Below the pieces are notes generated by a model, which had not been told where the DNA came from, did no database searches, and saw nothing but the letters and a program-made list of their open reading frames with translations. The translations under genes were made by a program, and so were the position numbers. Below, piece after piece: positions 36,501 to 44,175 of a DNA stretch of 57,408 nt. Within the stretch, counting starts at the first letter, position 1, and each line of letters begins with the position of its first letter. The stretch comes from Anaerolineales bacterium. GTDB taxonomy: Bacteria > Chloroflexota > Anaerolineae > Anaerolineales > Villigracilaceae. The stretch covers positions 1-57,408 of the forward strand of contig DAOQID010000006.1 of assembly GCA_035339375.1 (NCBI GenBank), written 5' to 3'.

Positions 36501-38396
36501 GGCTTCATCCGCTCCAGCACTCCCCCGCCGCCAACCGGTTCAGGGATTCAGATCGTCAAGACCGCCAGCGCGAGTGTTGTGAAGCCGGGTGATACTGTTG
36601 TGTATTCCTATGTTGTTTCCAATACTGGCACCACCCCGCTTAGAAATGTCATCGTTACCGACGACAAATGCTCCCCCGTTACCTACATAAGCGGAGATGT
36701 CAACGCGAACAACATCCTCGAAACGACCGAAAAGTGGAATTACACCTGCTCCGCTATTTTGAGCGAAACGACGACCAACATCGCCACGGTAACCGGTAAA
36801 GACCCAACGGGCGGCGATGTCAAAGACACAGACACAGTCACCGTTACGGTCGACACGAATGGTTTCTCCAAGATCATCACCGGCACCAGCGAAACCTTCA
36901 CCAACGGCATGGATGTCGCCATTGGCGAGATCGTCACCTACAAGATCACCATGAGCCTGCCCGCCGGACTGCCCTACAACAATGTGGTTGTCACCGACCG
37001 CATGGACAAGGGTCTTGCTTTTGTAGACTGCGTATCGGCCACCCTGGGCGGCGTGGATATTCTCAACCAGATCTGCCCGCCGTTGGTCTCTGCGATCAAA
37101 GACCCAATTGACCCAGCCAGCAACCCAGCCAACCCGGGCCGTCAGGCACAATTCAATATCGGCAATGTATCTGCTTCCACAAAGCCGACGGCATTGGTCA
37201 TCACATACCGTGCCATCGTGCTTGACGTCATCGAAAACCAGGAAAAGGATACCTTGAACAACAAGGCCACCCTCACATGGGATGGAGGCTCCCTCACTGC
37301 CAGCGCGCCTGAGGTTGTCATCCTCGAACCTGACCTTGATATTGAGAAAGCTGCAAACCCAACCACGGTCACAGCAGGCTCATCTGTCGAGTTCACCATC
37401 TTCATCACGCACACTTCCTTGAGCCTCACGGATGCATTCGATGTGGTGGTAACCGACGTTCTGCCGAAAGGCCTTGAATACGTGGCATGTACCCCCATCA
37501 CCTATGAGGGCGTCGTTCCAACCAAACAACCTGACCCATGCAGCATCCCCAATGGAGACACCCTGCAATTTGAATGGGATGTGCTCCCGCTCGGTGGAAA
37601 CTCCGTCATCAAGTTCTTTGCCCGTTATGATGGCTCGCAAGTCAGTGTCATGAACAGCGCCGCAGTTGCATGGACCTCCCTGCCCATTGATTACATCAAC
37701 GGCAAGCCAGTCCAACACTCTGGGTACAACGACACATCTACTGAACGCTGGTACGACCCGAACGACCTGGTCAACATCTACCAGATCAGCGACAACGTCT
37801 GGATCAACCCGCCGACCATCACCGAGCCAATCGAGGAAGAGGAACTGCCGGGCAGCCTTCCTGCTACAGGCTTCGCCCCGAACGTCATCACCGCCCTGCC
37901 GCAGCAACCTGCCAACAAGGCCTACACAACCACCGATATCTGGGTGGAGATTCCAAGCATTGGCGTAAACATGCCGATCGTAGGCGTTCCGCTCGTTGAC
38001 GGTGATTGGGACCTCTCCTGGCTGTGGAATGAAGCAGGCTGGCTCAATGGCACGGCCTTCCCCGGATGGGATGGCAACAGCGCCCTCACCGGTCACATCA
38101 CCCTGCCCAACGGCAGACCTGGGCCATTTGCCATGCTGGGCAACCTCAAATGGGGCGATAAGATCATCGTCCATGCGTATGGCACGGCCTACACCTACGA
38201 AGTCCGCGAGACTCGTACGGTCAGCCCCGACAATATGACAATCCTCAAACACGAAGAGGAATCCTGGCTGACGTTGATCACCTGTAAGACTTACGACAAA
38301 GCCACCAACACCTATGCCCGCCGTACTGCAGTCCGCGCTGTGCTCATTAGCACCACCGCCGACAAGCAAACCAAGGAAGCCAAAAGCGGACGCTAG
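30540..38396 (+). CDS. Giant secreted surface protein: isopeptide/DUF11-like Ig domains, six SdrD B-like repeats, LPATG motif, C-terminal class F sortase
   Basis: SD AGGAG and signal peptide (..GVQA/QAG); repeated KT...YxI...NxxITDxLP modules; six S(L/V/I)GN.VW.D...(T/A)(I/V)DF(G/A) repeats; LPATG at 37857; sortase EIPSIGV...GH...TLITC...RR. Confidence 0.85.
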   Translation: MMRIFSIQAFNQSKSAMVRLFVFVLLLASMLAQEHVPGVQAQAGTPQLILTKTIEGGATTASLGDTIRYRIRFECSSLTTSCGQMEITDVLPAGLTYAPPPASSAPTGFTITEAPAGTITITKDDNNLLDGTQYDVVIAATIDYDLRPLPATINNTVNGRVDPPGAVSWQNATPASAPPITVSNVGEYWDLTKTLYSPSVNPTINTDVTYRIQLCPTTPPPGTSNVALENITITDTLPTGATFVSASDAGTEAAGVVTWPLIAGPVFPPTCVTRYVTIRYNSPTFAVGNNVTNTANASGTYTDSGGGTIGPISIATDPITHPIATVLEVPTYSKNDQGDPVGITGTARFVLTLNTNGTNSPANDLILIDTLPPELQVTSVTSGQWNAAFNYVRAYVEYSTNYGSSYTAFPGQPISYNSNATYTAPAANITNVRWRFEYDPDAAAPFAFTQAGLPFAWAFTTSPQIRVTPRATATTADAPSGVAMPAAVAGTRYENCLQTSRTSNAGAPVTDPCDIEGMTVQGTLASLRASKAETRGTSWDADNDPLINTFTSDSTLLPGDTLRYTITVSVTERSSQAMIDPTILDTIPADLIFVRNGTASVNGTGCPALASQPTFTQAGTQLKWDFTGFSLDHQPSGLGSCNLVVEFYARIPAGQTPGTRTNDLILVTDSDDIVCENGTEIVDTTDIDSDANNTEPACQNPDTYVVERSAALRGEKWIRSVDPENSVVVDSTTFQPSASCPDGGTVGLAGGGSNPFTRFPCISQAFPEGALSIGQRVPPPLNSALDDFEYNLRIYNDGNVEMLSYALYDIFPYYGDTGSGGTLANSPRLSEFRPILRGPVEFISGPSLSSTDFTIEYNNTTNPCRPEVFNQPAGTPNIPAGCNNTWSSTWSADARSFRILLNSPAVIPPSATTSEVRFGIPMYIPKDAPTVGVFDNNDPLSLEIAWNSFSHVGSYDSDPNVPVVIQDLLASEPRKVGITIPERMSVGNRVWRDSDNSGHIDAPDDIAPGIAGVTVNLYRDVDDDGIPDGPAIATTTTDSLGYYLFSNIPHDLADVNNNRYLIGIPSSNFGSGQPLFNLRSSTGVFATTDDSDDNGIDPVTAGQEVFSASFILQPTTEVTGETDLSSNDLDGPPGERRGTNAERDYNSDLAIDFGFFGGTDVPFSIGNHVWFDNGRTGASTFNYALNNDGIRQATELPVVGLDIRLYRDGNGNNTPEPAEMIRTDITDANGFYLFDNLDPGPYIVEIPASEFGAGQPLEGWNNSQVIGTETTGVPGNTNIPNVDSDDNGVDSSTPHVDGIFSGVIVLTRGTNETTGETHISNQPDPDGNAATPNLGINPTEWDGPASRGRYGESDTTSNLTIDFGFFEVYSLGNVVWVDDGTGGGTADDGLRNGTEPGLNGVTVNLYLDANNDGRPDTVTPKATTTTANGGYYRFDNLAADTYLVEIVLPAGYSSSPIDAGDPDTDEDDFDDNGVVPATISTVLSNPVTLGRGTDEPTVDSDAATANNPEPGEAPNHHSNRTVDFALTLGYSLGNRVWVDLDDSGTINAADGATPGLDNMTVNLYRSSDPSTIIATTLTAGGGYYRFDNLLAGDYIVEVVSPVGYTSSSVDANDPNTDNDSDDNGVIISATTVRSNPVSLGGIEPSTDDDPLPNPAATGEAPNARSNRTVDFGFFFVPYSLGNRVWDDSDGAGGTPDNGVRDGAEPGIDGVTVNLYRDSDNNNTPDGAIIATDTTSGGGFYRFDNLAADTYIVEVIPPAGYASTLDAGDPDTDLDDDDDNGVVFAGANIRSNPVRLGPPEPSEPTLENNPAVNPETADGEAADDHSNRTVDFGFVLGYSLGNRVWDDSNGAGGTPENGLRDGTEPGMDGVTVNLYRDSNDDSNPDGGIIMSTSTSGGGFYRFDNLMADTYIVEVVIPTGYTSTLDAGDPDTDIDDDDNGVVIVGSNVRANPVTLGPAAVPEPTLENNPATNPVAGESPDARSNRTVDFGFIRSSTPPPPTGSGIQIVKTASASVVKPGDTVVYSYVVSNTGTTPLRNVIVTDDKCSPVTYISGDVNANNILETTEKWNYTCSAILSETTTNIATVTGKDPTGGDVKDTDTVTVTVDTNGFSKIITGTSETFTNGMDVAIGEIVTYKITMSLPAGLPYNNVVVTDRMDKGLAFVDCVSATLGGVDILNQICPPLVSAIKDPIDPASNPANPGRQAQFNIGNVSASTKPTALVITYRAIVLDVIENQEKDTLNNKATLTWDGGSLTASAPEVVILEPDLDIEKAANPTTVTAGSSVEFTIFITHTSLSLTDAFDVVVTDVLPKGLEYVACTPITYEGVVPTKQPDPCSIPNGDTLQFEWDVLPLGGNSVIKFFARYDGSQVSVMNSAAVAWTSLPIDYINGKPVQHSGYNDTSTERWYDPNDLVNIYQISDNVWINPPTITEPIEEEELPGSLPATGFAPNVITALPQQPANKAYTTTDIWVEIPSIGVNMPIVGVPLVDGDWDLSWLWNEAGWLNGTAFPGWDGNSALTGHITLPNGRPGPFAMLGNLKWGDKIIVHAYGTAYTYEVRETRTVSPDNMTILKHEEESWLTLITCKTYDKATNTYARRTAVRAVLISTTADKQTKEAKSGR
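33489..36512 (+). repeat. Six tandem SdrD B-like domain repeats within the giant protein
   Basis: Repeats start near 33489, 34026, 34643, 35126, 35571 and 36048; repeats 5 and 6 are visibly similar at DNA level. Confidence 0.85.
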
Positions 38397-38406
38397 AAAC
38401 TAACCC

Positions 38407-38446
38407 AAACAAAAACTTCCGGGCCAACACCCGGAAGTTTTTGTTT
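38407..38446. terminator. Bidirectional intrinsic terminator
   Basis: AAACAAAAACTTCCGGG-CCAACA-CCCGGAAGTTTTTGTTT. Confidence 0.85.
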
Positions 38447-38467
38447 TAAGCACATTCCACTTACTTT

Positions 38468-39790
38468 CTACTTCATTTCCTTCTCAGCCACCGTCAATGC
38501 ATCTTCAAATATCTTCAAACCTTCTTCCATTTCAGATTTACTGATGGAAAGCGGAGGCGCAATGCGAATGACGCTCTTGCCGCAGGAAAGCATCAACAAG
38601 CCGCGTTCGAAACCGAGATCAACAACACGCTCTGTCAAATCATGGTCGGGTTCTTTTGTTTCGCGGTCCTTCACAAACTCCACACCGATCATCAAGCCTT
38701 TTCCACGCACATCACCAATACTGGGGTGACGTGATTTAATCTCTTCCAGGGCATCCAACGCATAGCTCCCTACCTCTTCGGCATTCTTCATGAATCCATT
38801 TTCGATCAGGTCAATCGTTGCAAGAGATGCGGCACAAGAAATGGGGTTGCCGCCATACGTATTTCCATGTGTGCCAATTTCCCAATCCATCACAGACTTG
38901 CGGGCGATACAAGCGCCCAAAGGCATACCAGAAGCAATGCCTTTGGCAGAAGTGATCATATCGGGCTCCACGCCAAAATGCTCAATAGCCCACCACTTGC
39001 CTGTGCGCCCCATACCAGACTGCACTTCGTCAAGGATCATCAGAATGCCATGCTTGTCACACAGCTTCCTCAAAGCGGGGTAAAAACCTTCGGGCGGAAT
39101 GATGTAGCCGCCCTCGCCTTGAATGGTTTCCACCAAAATTCCAGCCACATCCTTGGGCGGAAGAATTTGGGCAAGGATCTCCTCCTCAATATAGCGGACG
39201 ACGGCTTCGCCATAATCTTCGCCTTTACGGCGTTCCAACACCGGGCGATACGGGTTTGGAAACGGCGCATGGGTAACACCATTCATCAACGGATAAAACC
39301 CACCGTGGTATTTCGCTTTGCTGGCGGTAAAAGTCACCGCTCCCATGGTACGGCCGTGGAACGCGCCGGTAAAACCGATGAAATTCGTACGCTTGGTATG
39401 GTAACGCGCCAATTTGATCGCTGCCTCTACCGCCTCAGTGCCTGAGTTGGTCATGAAGGTCAGCGCATCTTCCTTGAACGGTGCAATATCGCTCAATTTT
39501 TCACCAAGCCGAATCCAATTTTCGTGATAAAAATCCGATGAAATATGAATGAATTTCTCAGCCTGCTCTTGAATGGCCTTCACTACTTTGGGGTGTGAGT
39601 ATCCTGTTGAAACCACGGCAATACCGCCCATAAAATCCAAAAAGCGATTGCCATCCACATCCCATACTTCTGTTCCTTTTCCATGATCCATTACAAATGG
39701 ATATCCACGCGGGTATGAAGGTGATATTACCTTTCGATCCCGCTCGATCATTGCCTTGGCCTTTGGCCCGGGTAAATTAGGGTTTGTCAT
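38468..39790 (-). CDS. Class III PLP aminotransferase (acetylornithine/4-aminobutyrate aminotransferase family)
   Basis: NSGTEAVE, AFHGRT, ETIQGEGG, DEVQSGMGRTG, SAKGIASG (PLP Lys), HGNTYGGNP; SD AGGAG before MTNPN. Confidence 0.9.
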   Translation of the reverse strand: MTNPNLPGPKAKAMIERDRKVISPSYPRGYPFVMDHGKGTEVWDVDGNRFLDFMGGIAVVSTGYSHPKVVKAIQEQAEKFIHISSDFYHENWIRLGEKLSDIAPFKEDALTFMTNSGTEAVEAAIKLARYHTKRTNFIGFTGAFHGRTMGAVTFTASKAKYHGGFYPLMNGVTHAPFPNPYRPVLERRKGEDYGEAVVRYIEEEILAQILPPKDVAGILVETIQGEGGYIIPPEGFYPALRKLCDKHGILMILDEVQSGMGRTGKWWAIEHFGVEPDMITSAKGIASGMPLGACIARKSVMDWEIGTHGNTYGGNPISCAASLATIDLIENGFMKNAEEVGSYALDALEEIKSRHPSIGDVRGKGLMIGVEFVKDRETKEPDHDLTERVVDLGFERGLLMLSCGKSVIRIAPPLSISKSEMEEGLKIFEDALTVAEKEMK

Positions 39791-39810
39791 ACATTCTCCT
39801 TGTTTCAATT

Positions 39811-39885
39811 AAGCCGCTTTCAAGGCGCACAGATTCAGGCGACCCCGCTGGGTATTGAAAACTTGTGCACCTGAAAAGCGGTCTT
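39811..39885 (-). promoter_or_regulatory. Long imperfect hairpin in the 5' leader of the aminotransferase
   Basis: CCGCTTTCAAGGCGCACA...TGTGCACCTGAAAAGCGG, ending about 10 nt upstream of the SD. Confidence 0.5.
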
Positions 39886-40209
39886 ATTTATGAACTTGTA
39901 ACTCAGCTACAGCCGAGTCGTCCCCCGGTAAATCCATGCGGATTAAGAACCGCCTCTCATTCACCGAAAATTGTTCAGCCGAGAAAAAAACATCCTTACG
40001 CCTCAGCAACTACCGGCGCAGGGTGAATCGTTGATTTCATCCAGATTCTCATTTTTTCGGGAAAATTCTTCCAATAAAAGGTCAAAAATCGACCTTCCAC
40101 CAAGGAATATGGCAATTATACCGTATGCCCTGTTTGCCGCCTTTTCCGCCGTTGCAACCCCATGCATCAAAGATTTGACTCCTCATTTCAACCCTGCTAT
40201 TATCCTTTT

Positions 40210-41532
40210 ATGCGAAAAAATTTCCTTGCTGAGTTTTGGCAGGCTCTACGCGACATTCCGCGCTGGCTGAGGCCGGGGTTGGGCATAAAACGCTGGCTTA
40301 CCCTGGTGCTGATCGGAATCACTCTGTTGGGGTTGGGGCTGGCAGTCATTCTTATTGACCTGTATCGCACAGACTCGGAAAACCCGATCCTGCTGACCTT
40401 TCTCTCCTATGCCTCGTTGCGCTTCATTCCGCGAGTGTGGCGTGCCGTCATTTTTGGCGGGTTGGGTGTGGGCGTTGTGATCTATGGCATCGTGCAACTC
40501 AACCGTTCCCTGTTGACGCCATTCGTCCGCCCTGGTGCGGATGTGTACGGTCAGCTTACCGACTTTCGCCGTCGCGAACGCGGTCCACGCATTGTCACCA
40601 TCGGTGGCGGGCATGGACTTGCCACACTTTTACGTGGGCTAAAGACTCACACCCGAAACCTGACTGCAGTTGTGACTGTTGCAGACGATGGCGGGTCATC
40701 TGGCAGGTTGCGCGAAAGCCATGGCATTTTGCCGCCGGGTGATATTCGAAACTGTCTCGCCGCCCTTTCCAATGACGAGGCCATGTTAACCCAGCTTTTT
40801 CAATATCGGTTCAGCGGCTCGCCCGGTTTGGAAGGTCATTCATTTGGGAACCTCTTCATCACAGCCATGGCTGATATTACCGGTAGCTTTGAGGAAGCGG
40901 TGGCAGAATCGGGCCGTGTACTTTCGGTAAATGGCCGCGTTCTGCCTTCTACATTGCACGATGTAAAACTGGTCGCCAGCATGGAACTCCCCCACTCACT
41001 CAACGAAATCCGTGTTGAGGGTGAAAGCAAAATTCCAACCATGGCAGGACGAGTCCGTCGTGTGTGGCTCGAACCAGATAACGCTCCTGCATTCCCACCT
41101 GTTATCAAATCCATTCTCAATGCCGATGTGATCGTGGTGGGACCAGGCAGTCTATTTACCAGCATTCTCCCCAACCTGCTGGTTAATGACCTGCTGGCTG
41201 CCATGCATGCCAGCCGAGCGATAAAAATATACGTCTGCAATATCGCCACACAAACAGGTGAAACCGACTCATACACCTGCTTTGATCATGTCCGCGCACT
41301 CGAGGGACATGTGGGCGAGGATCTGTTCGATGTCATTTTGTGCAACGATAACTACCGCGGCATAATCAGCGCTGACTCAAAGTGGGTATTGGCCGATGAA
41401 AAGATATTATCTGATTCTCGCACATACTGTGCTGATCTTGTAGATGACGATCACCCATGGCGGCATGACTCTGAAAAACTTGCCCGCGAAATCATACAAA
41501 TCTTCTCTGAAAAGACTGGACCATTGGTCTAG
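40210..41532 (+). CDS. yvcK: YvcK/CofD-like protein (UDP-sugar-binding gluconeogenesis/cell-wall factor) with N-terminal TM region
   Basis: IGGGHGL, VTVADDGGSSGRLR, PPGDIRNCL, GHSFGNL, GPGSLFTSILPNL, RHD..KLA. Confidence 0.9.
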   Translation: MRKNFLAEFWQALRDIPRWLRPGLGIKRWLTLVLIGITLLGLGLAVILIDLYRTDSENPILLTFLSYASLRFIPRVWRAVIFGGLGVGVVIYGIVQLNRSLLTPFVRPGADVYGQLTDFRRRERGPRIVTIGGGHGLATLLRGLKTHTRNLTAVVTVADDGGSSGRLRESHGILPPGDIRNCLAALSNDEAMLTQLFQYRFSGSPGLEGHSFGNLFITAMADITGSFEEAVAESGRVLSVNGRVLPSTLHDVKLVASMELPHSLNEIRVEGESKIPTMAGRVRRVWLEPDNAPAFPPVIKSILNADVIVVGPGSLFTSILPNLLVNDLLAAMHASRAIKIYVCNIATQTGETDSYTCFDHVRALEGHVGEDLFDVILCNDNYRGIISADSKWVLADEKILSDSRTYCADLVDDDHPWRHDSEKLAREIIQIFSEKTGPLV

Positions 41533-41719
41533 TCAAGAGTGCTTTTCCCAAAAAAGTAAACGATTACATTCGTCCTATTATTTTTGGACGTACGAAAATT
41601 CACAAATTCTGCTTAAGGCAGTAAAATTAAGGCTGTATGAAGGCTCATACCAGAGCAGGCACAAATTTTAGGATAGATGTGTCCTCTGTTGTAACAAAAC
41701 CAAATTGGAGGATTTTCTC

Positions 41720-42778
41720 ATGACAGTAAAAATTGGCATTAATGGCTTTGGCCGTATCGGTCGCCAGGTACTCAAGGCAATCCGCGATATGTATCCAAAC
41801 GAATTGGAAGTCGTTGCCTTTAACGACATTGGCGATACCAAGACCATGGCTCACCTGCTCAAGTACGACTCAACCTATGGCCGCTTCAACGGTTCCGTTG
41901 AGATCGCCGACGATGGTCTCCTGATCGATGGAAAAAAGGTCAAGGTCTTCAAAGAGACTGACCCCGCTGCCATCAAATGGAGCGAGCTCGGCATCGACAT
42001 TGTGATCGAATCAACTGGCTTGTTCACCATCAAGGATGACGGTGTCAACAAGAAGGGTAAGACCGTGAAGGGTGCCGTCAATCACATCACCTCTGGCGGC
42101 GCGAAGAAAGTCATCATCTCAGCACCTGCCGAAGGTGAAGATTTGACCGTTGTATTGGGCGTAAACGAAGACAAATATGACCCCGCCAAACACCATGTGG
42201 TTTCGAATGCCTCCTGCACCACAAACTGTCTCGCGCCCGCCGCGAAAGTTGTGCATGACAAACTCAATATCAAGCGCGCTTTCATGACCACCGTACATTC
42301 CTACACCAACGATCAAAAAGTGCTCGATATGCCGCACTCGGATCTGCGCCGCGCCCGCGCCTCAGGCTTGAATATCATCCCGACCACCACTGGCGCCGCC
42401 AAAGCTGTCGCTCTGGTCATCCCCGACCTCAAGGGCAAATTCGACGGTTACTCCCTGCGCGTCCCCACCCCCACCGTTTCGGTTGTGGATTTCACCGCAG
42501 AGGTTGAAAAGGAAACCACCACTGAAGAACTGCGCCAAATGTTCCGCGATGCCGCCAAAGAACCGCGCTTCAAGGGCATCCTTGAAGCGGTGGACGAACC
42601 CCTGGTCAGCATGGACTTCAAGGGCAGTTCCTACAGCTCATCCGTTGACCTGCCGTTCACTTCCGTCCTCGGCAAAGAAAAGAACAACTTCATCAAGGTC
42701 GTTACCTGGTACGATAATGAATGGGGTTACTCCTGCCGTACTGCTGACCTCGCGGCGATGATGGCAAAAACACTGTAA
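41720..42778 (+). CDS. gap: Glyceraldehyde-3-phosphate dehydrogenase (type I)
   Basis: [29 protein letters not shown]. Confidence 0.97.
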   Translation: MTVKIGINGFGRIGRQVLKAIRDMYPNELEVVAFNDIGDTKTMAHLLKYDSTYGRFNGSVEIADDGLLIDGKKVKVFKETDPAAIKWSELGIDIVIESTGLFTIKDDGVNKKGKTVKGAVNHITSGGAKKVIISAPAEGEDLTVVLGVNEDKYDPAKHHVVSNASCTTNCLAPAAKVVHDKLNIKRAFMTTVHSYTNDQKVLDMPHSDLRRARASGLNIIPTTTGAAKAVALVIPDLKGKFDGYSLRVPTPTVSVVDFTAEVEKETTTEELRQMFRDAAKEPRFKGILEAVDEPLVSMDFKGSSYSSSVDLPFTSVLGKEKNNFIKVVTWYDNEWGYSCRTADLAAMMAKTL

Positions 42779-42787
42779 ATATTTTGG

Positions 42788-42816
42788 GTAGGGACACGGC
42801 GATGCTGTGTCCCTAC
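42788..42816. repeat. GTAG-type REP-like palindrome
   Basis: GTAGGGACAC-GGCGATGCT-GTGTCCCTAC between gap and pgk. Confidence 0.55.
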
Positions 42817-42825
42817 AAAATTAAA

Positions 42826-43998
42826 ATGAACAAGAAAACCGTAAAAGATATTGATCTTAAGAACAAACGCGTACTCATGCGCGTGGATTTCAATGTGCCG
42901 ATGGCAGATGGAAAAGTCACCGACGACAAGCGCATCAAAGCCGCACTGCCGACCATTAAATATGTTTTGGAACAGGGTGCTTCCCTGCTTTTGATGAGTC
43001 ATTTGGGACGCCCCAAAGGCGGTCCAGACCCTGAGTTTAGCCTGCGTGCTGCTTCGGAAGCATTATCGGCACTGTTGGAGAAACCCGTGCAAATGGCGCC
43101 CGATTGCGTCGGCGCGGATGTTGAAGCAATGGCAAAAGGATTGAAGTCGGGCGATGTGCTCATGCTTGAAAACACCCGCTTCCACAAGGGCGAAGAAAAG
43201 AACGATCTCGACCTTGCCAAGCAGATGGCTGCCCTGGGTGATGTGTACGTCAACGATGCGTTTGGATCTGCTCACCGTGCCCACTCCTCCACCGAAGGGA
43301 TTGCCCGCTTCCTGCCCGCCGTATCTGGTTTTTTGATGGAACAGGAACTTGAATACCTGGGCCGCGCTGTTGCCAACCCTGAACACCCTTATATCGCCAT
43401 TCTCGGCGGTGCGAAGATCAGCGACAAAATCCTTGTGGTGGAAACCCTTGCCTCAAAATGTGACAAGTTGATCATCGGCGGCGGTATGGCAAACACCTTC
43501 CTCGCTGCGAAGGGATTAAACATGCAGGACAGCCTCGTTGAAGCGGAATCGCTCGAAACCGCCAAATCCCTGCTTGGTAAATTGGGCGAAAAACTCGTCC
43601 TGCCTGTGGATGCGGTCATCGCTGATAAATTCGATGCCGAAGCCAACACTCAGGTAGTGGATGTGGACAAGATCCCCGCAGGCTGGCGCATGCTGGATGT
43701 AGGGCCGAAAACCATCAGCCTGTATCAGGCCACATTGAACGGGAGCAAACTCATCGTTTGGAATGGACCCGTTGGCGTCTTCGAAATGCCGAAATTCGCC
43801 GAAGGCACATTCGCCCTTGCACGCATGCTGGCAGAATCCAAAGCCACTACGGTCATTGGCGGAGGTGACTCGGCCAGTGCAGTCAAGAAGGCTGGCGTTG
43901 CCAAACAGATGACTCATGTTTCCACAGGCGGCGGCGCCTCGCTGGAATTCCTTGAAGGAAAAGAGTTGCCCGGCGTGGCGGCACTGCTCGATAAATAA
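42826..43998 (+). CDS. pgk: Phosphoglycerate kinase
   Basis: [50 protein letters not shown]. Confidence 0.97.
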   Translation: MNKKTVKDIDLKNKRVLMRVDFNVPMADGKVTDDKRIKAALPTIKYVLEQGASLLLMSHLGRPKGGPDPEFSLRAASEALSALLEKPVQMAPDCVGADVEAMAKGLKSGDVLMLENTRFHKGEEKNDLDLAKQMAALGDVYVNDAFGSAHRAHSSTEGIARFLPAVSGFLMEQELEYLGRAVANPEHPYIAILGGAKISDKILVVETLASKCDKLIIGGGMANTFLAAKGLNMQDSLVEAESLETAKSLLGKLGEKLVLPVDAVIADKFDAEANTQVVDVDKIPAGWRMLDVGPKTISLYQATLNGSKLIVWNGPVGVFEMPKFAEGTFALARMLAESKATTVIGGGDSASAVKKAGVAKQMTHVSTGGGASLEFLEGKELPGVAALLDK

Positions 43999-44001
43999 TT
44001 T

Positions 44002-44035
44002 TCAAAAGGATGGGCGAAAACGCCCATCCTTTTGA
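44002..44035 (+). terminator. Intrinsic terminator after pgk
   Basis: TCAAAAGGATGGGCG-AAAA-CGCCCATCCTTTTGA. Confidence 0.8.
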
Positions 44036-44175
44036 TTTACCAGAACCTTCCACTTCTTTTTTTAAGCGCAAATAAACCAGAATTTCACATTTCAGTTTAC
44101 AAACAATTTACAGGGGTACAACCTAAATTAATGACACTCGACTATAATCTAAAAAAATGCAATCGGAGATAGTGT

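Noticed and set aside
34640-36512. Possible CRISPR-like periodic repeats
   Set aside because: These are in-frame protein domain repeats of about 450-480 bp, not short repeats with unique spacers; no cas genes.
37380-38369. 329-aa minus-strand ORF
   Set aside because: Antisense shadow of the giant protein's sortase region, explained by codon bias.
39910-39960. Guanidine-II (ACGA loop) or lysine riboswitch match in the aminotransferase leader
   Set aside because: Only one GGACGAC-like loop and a partial AGAGGCG are present; the paired hairpins and other consensus elements are missing.
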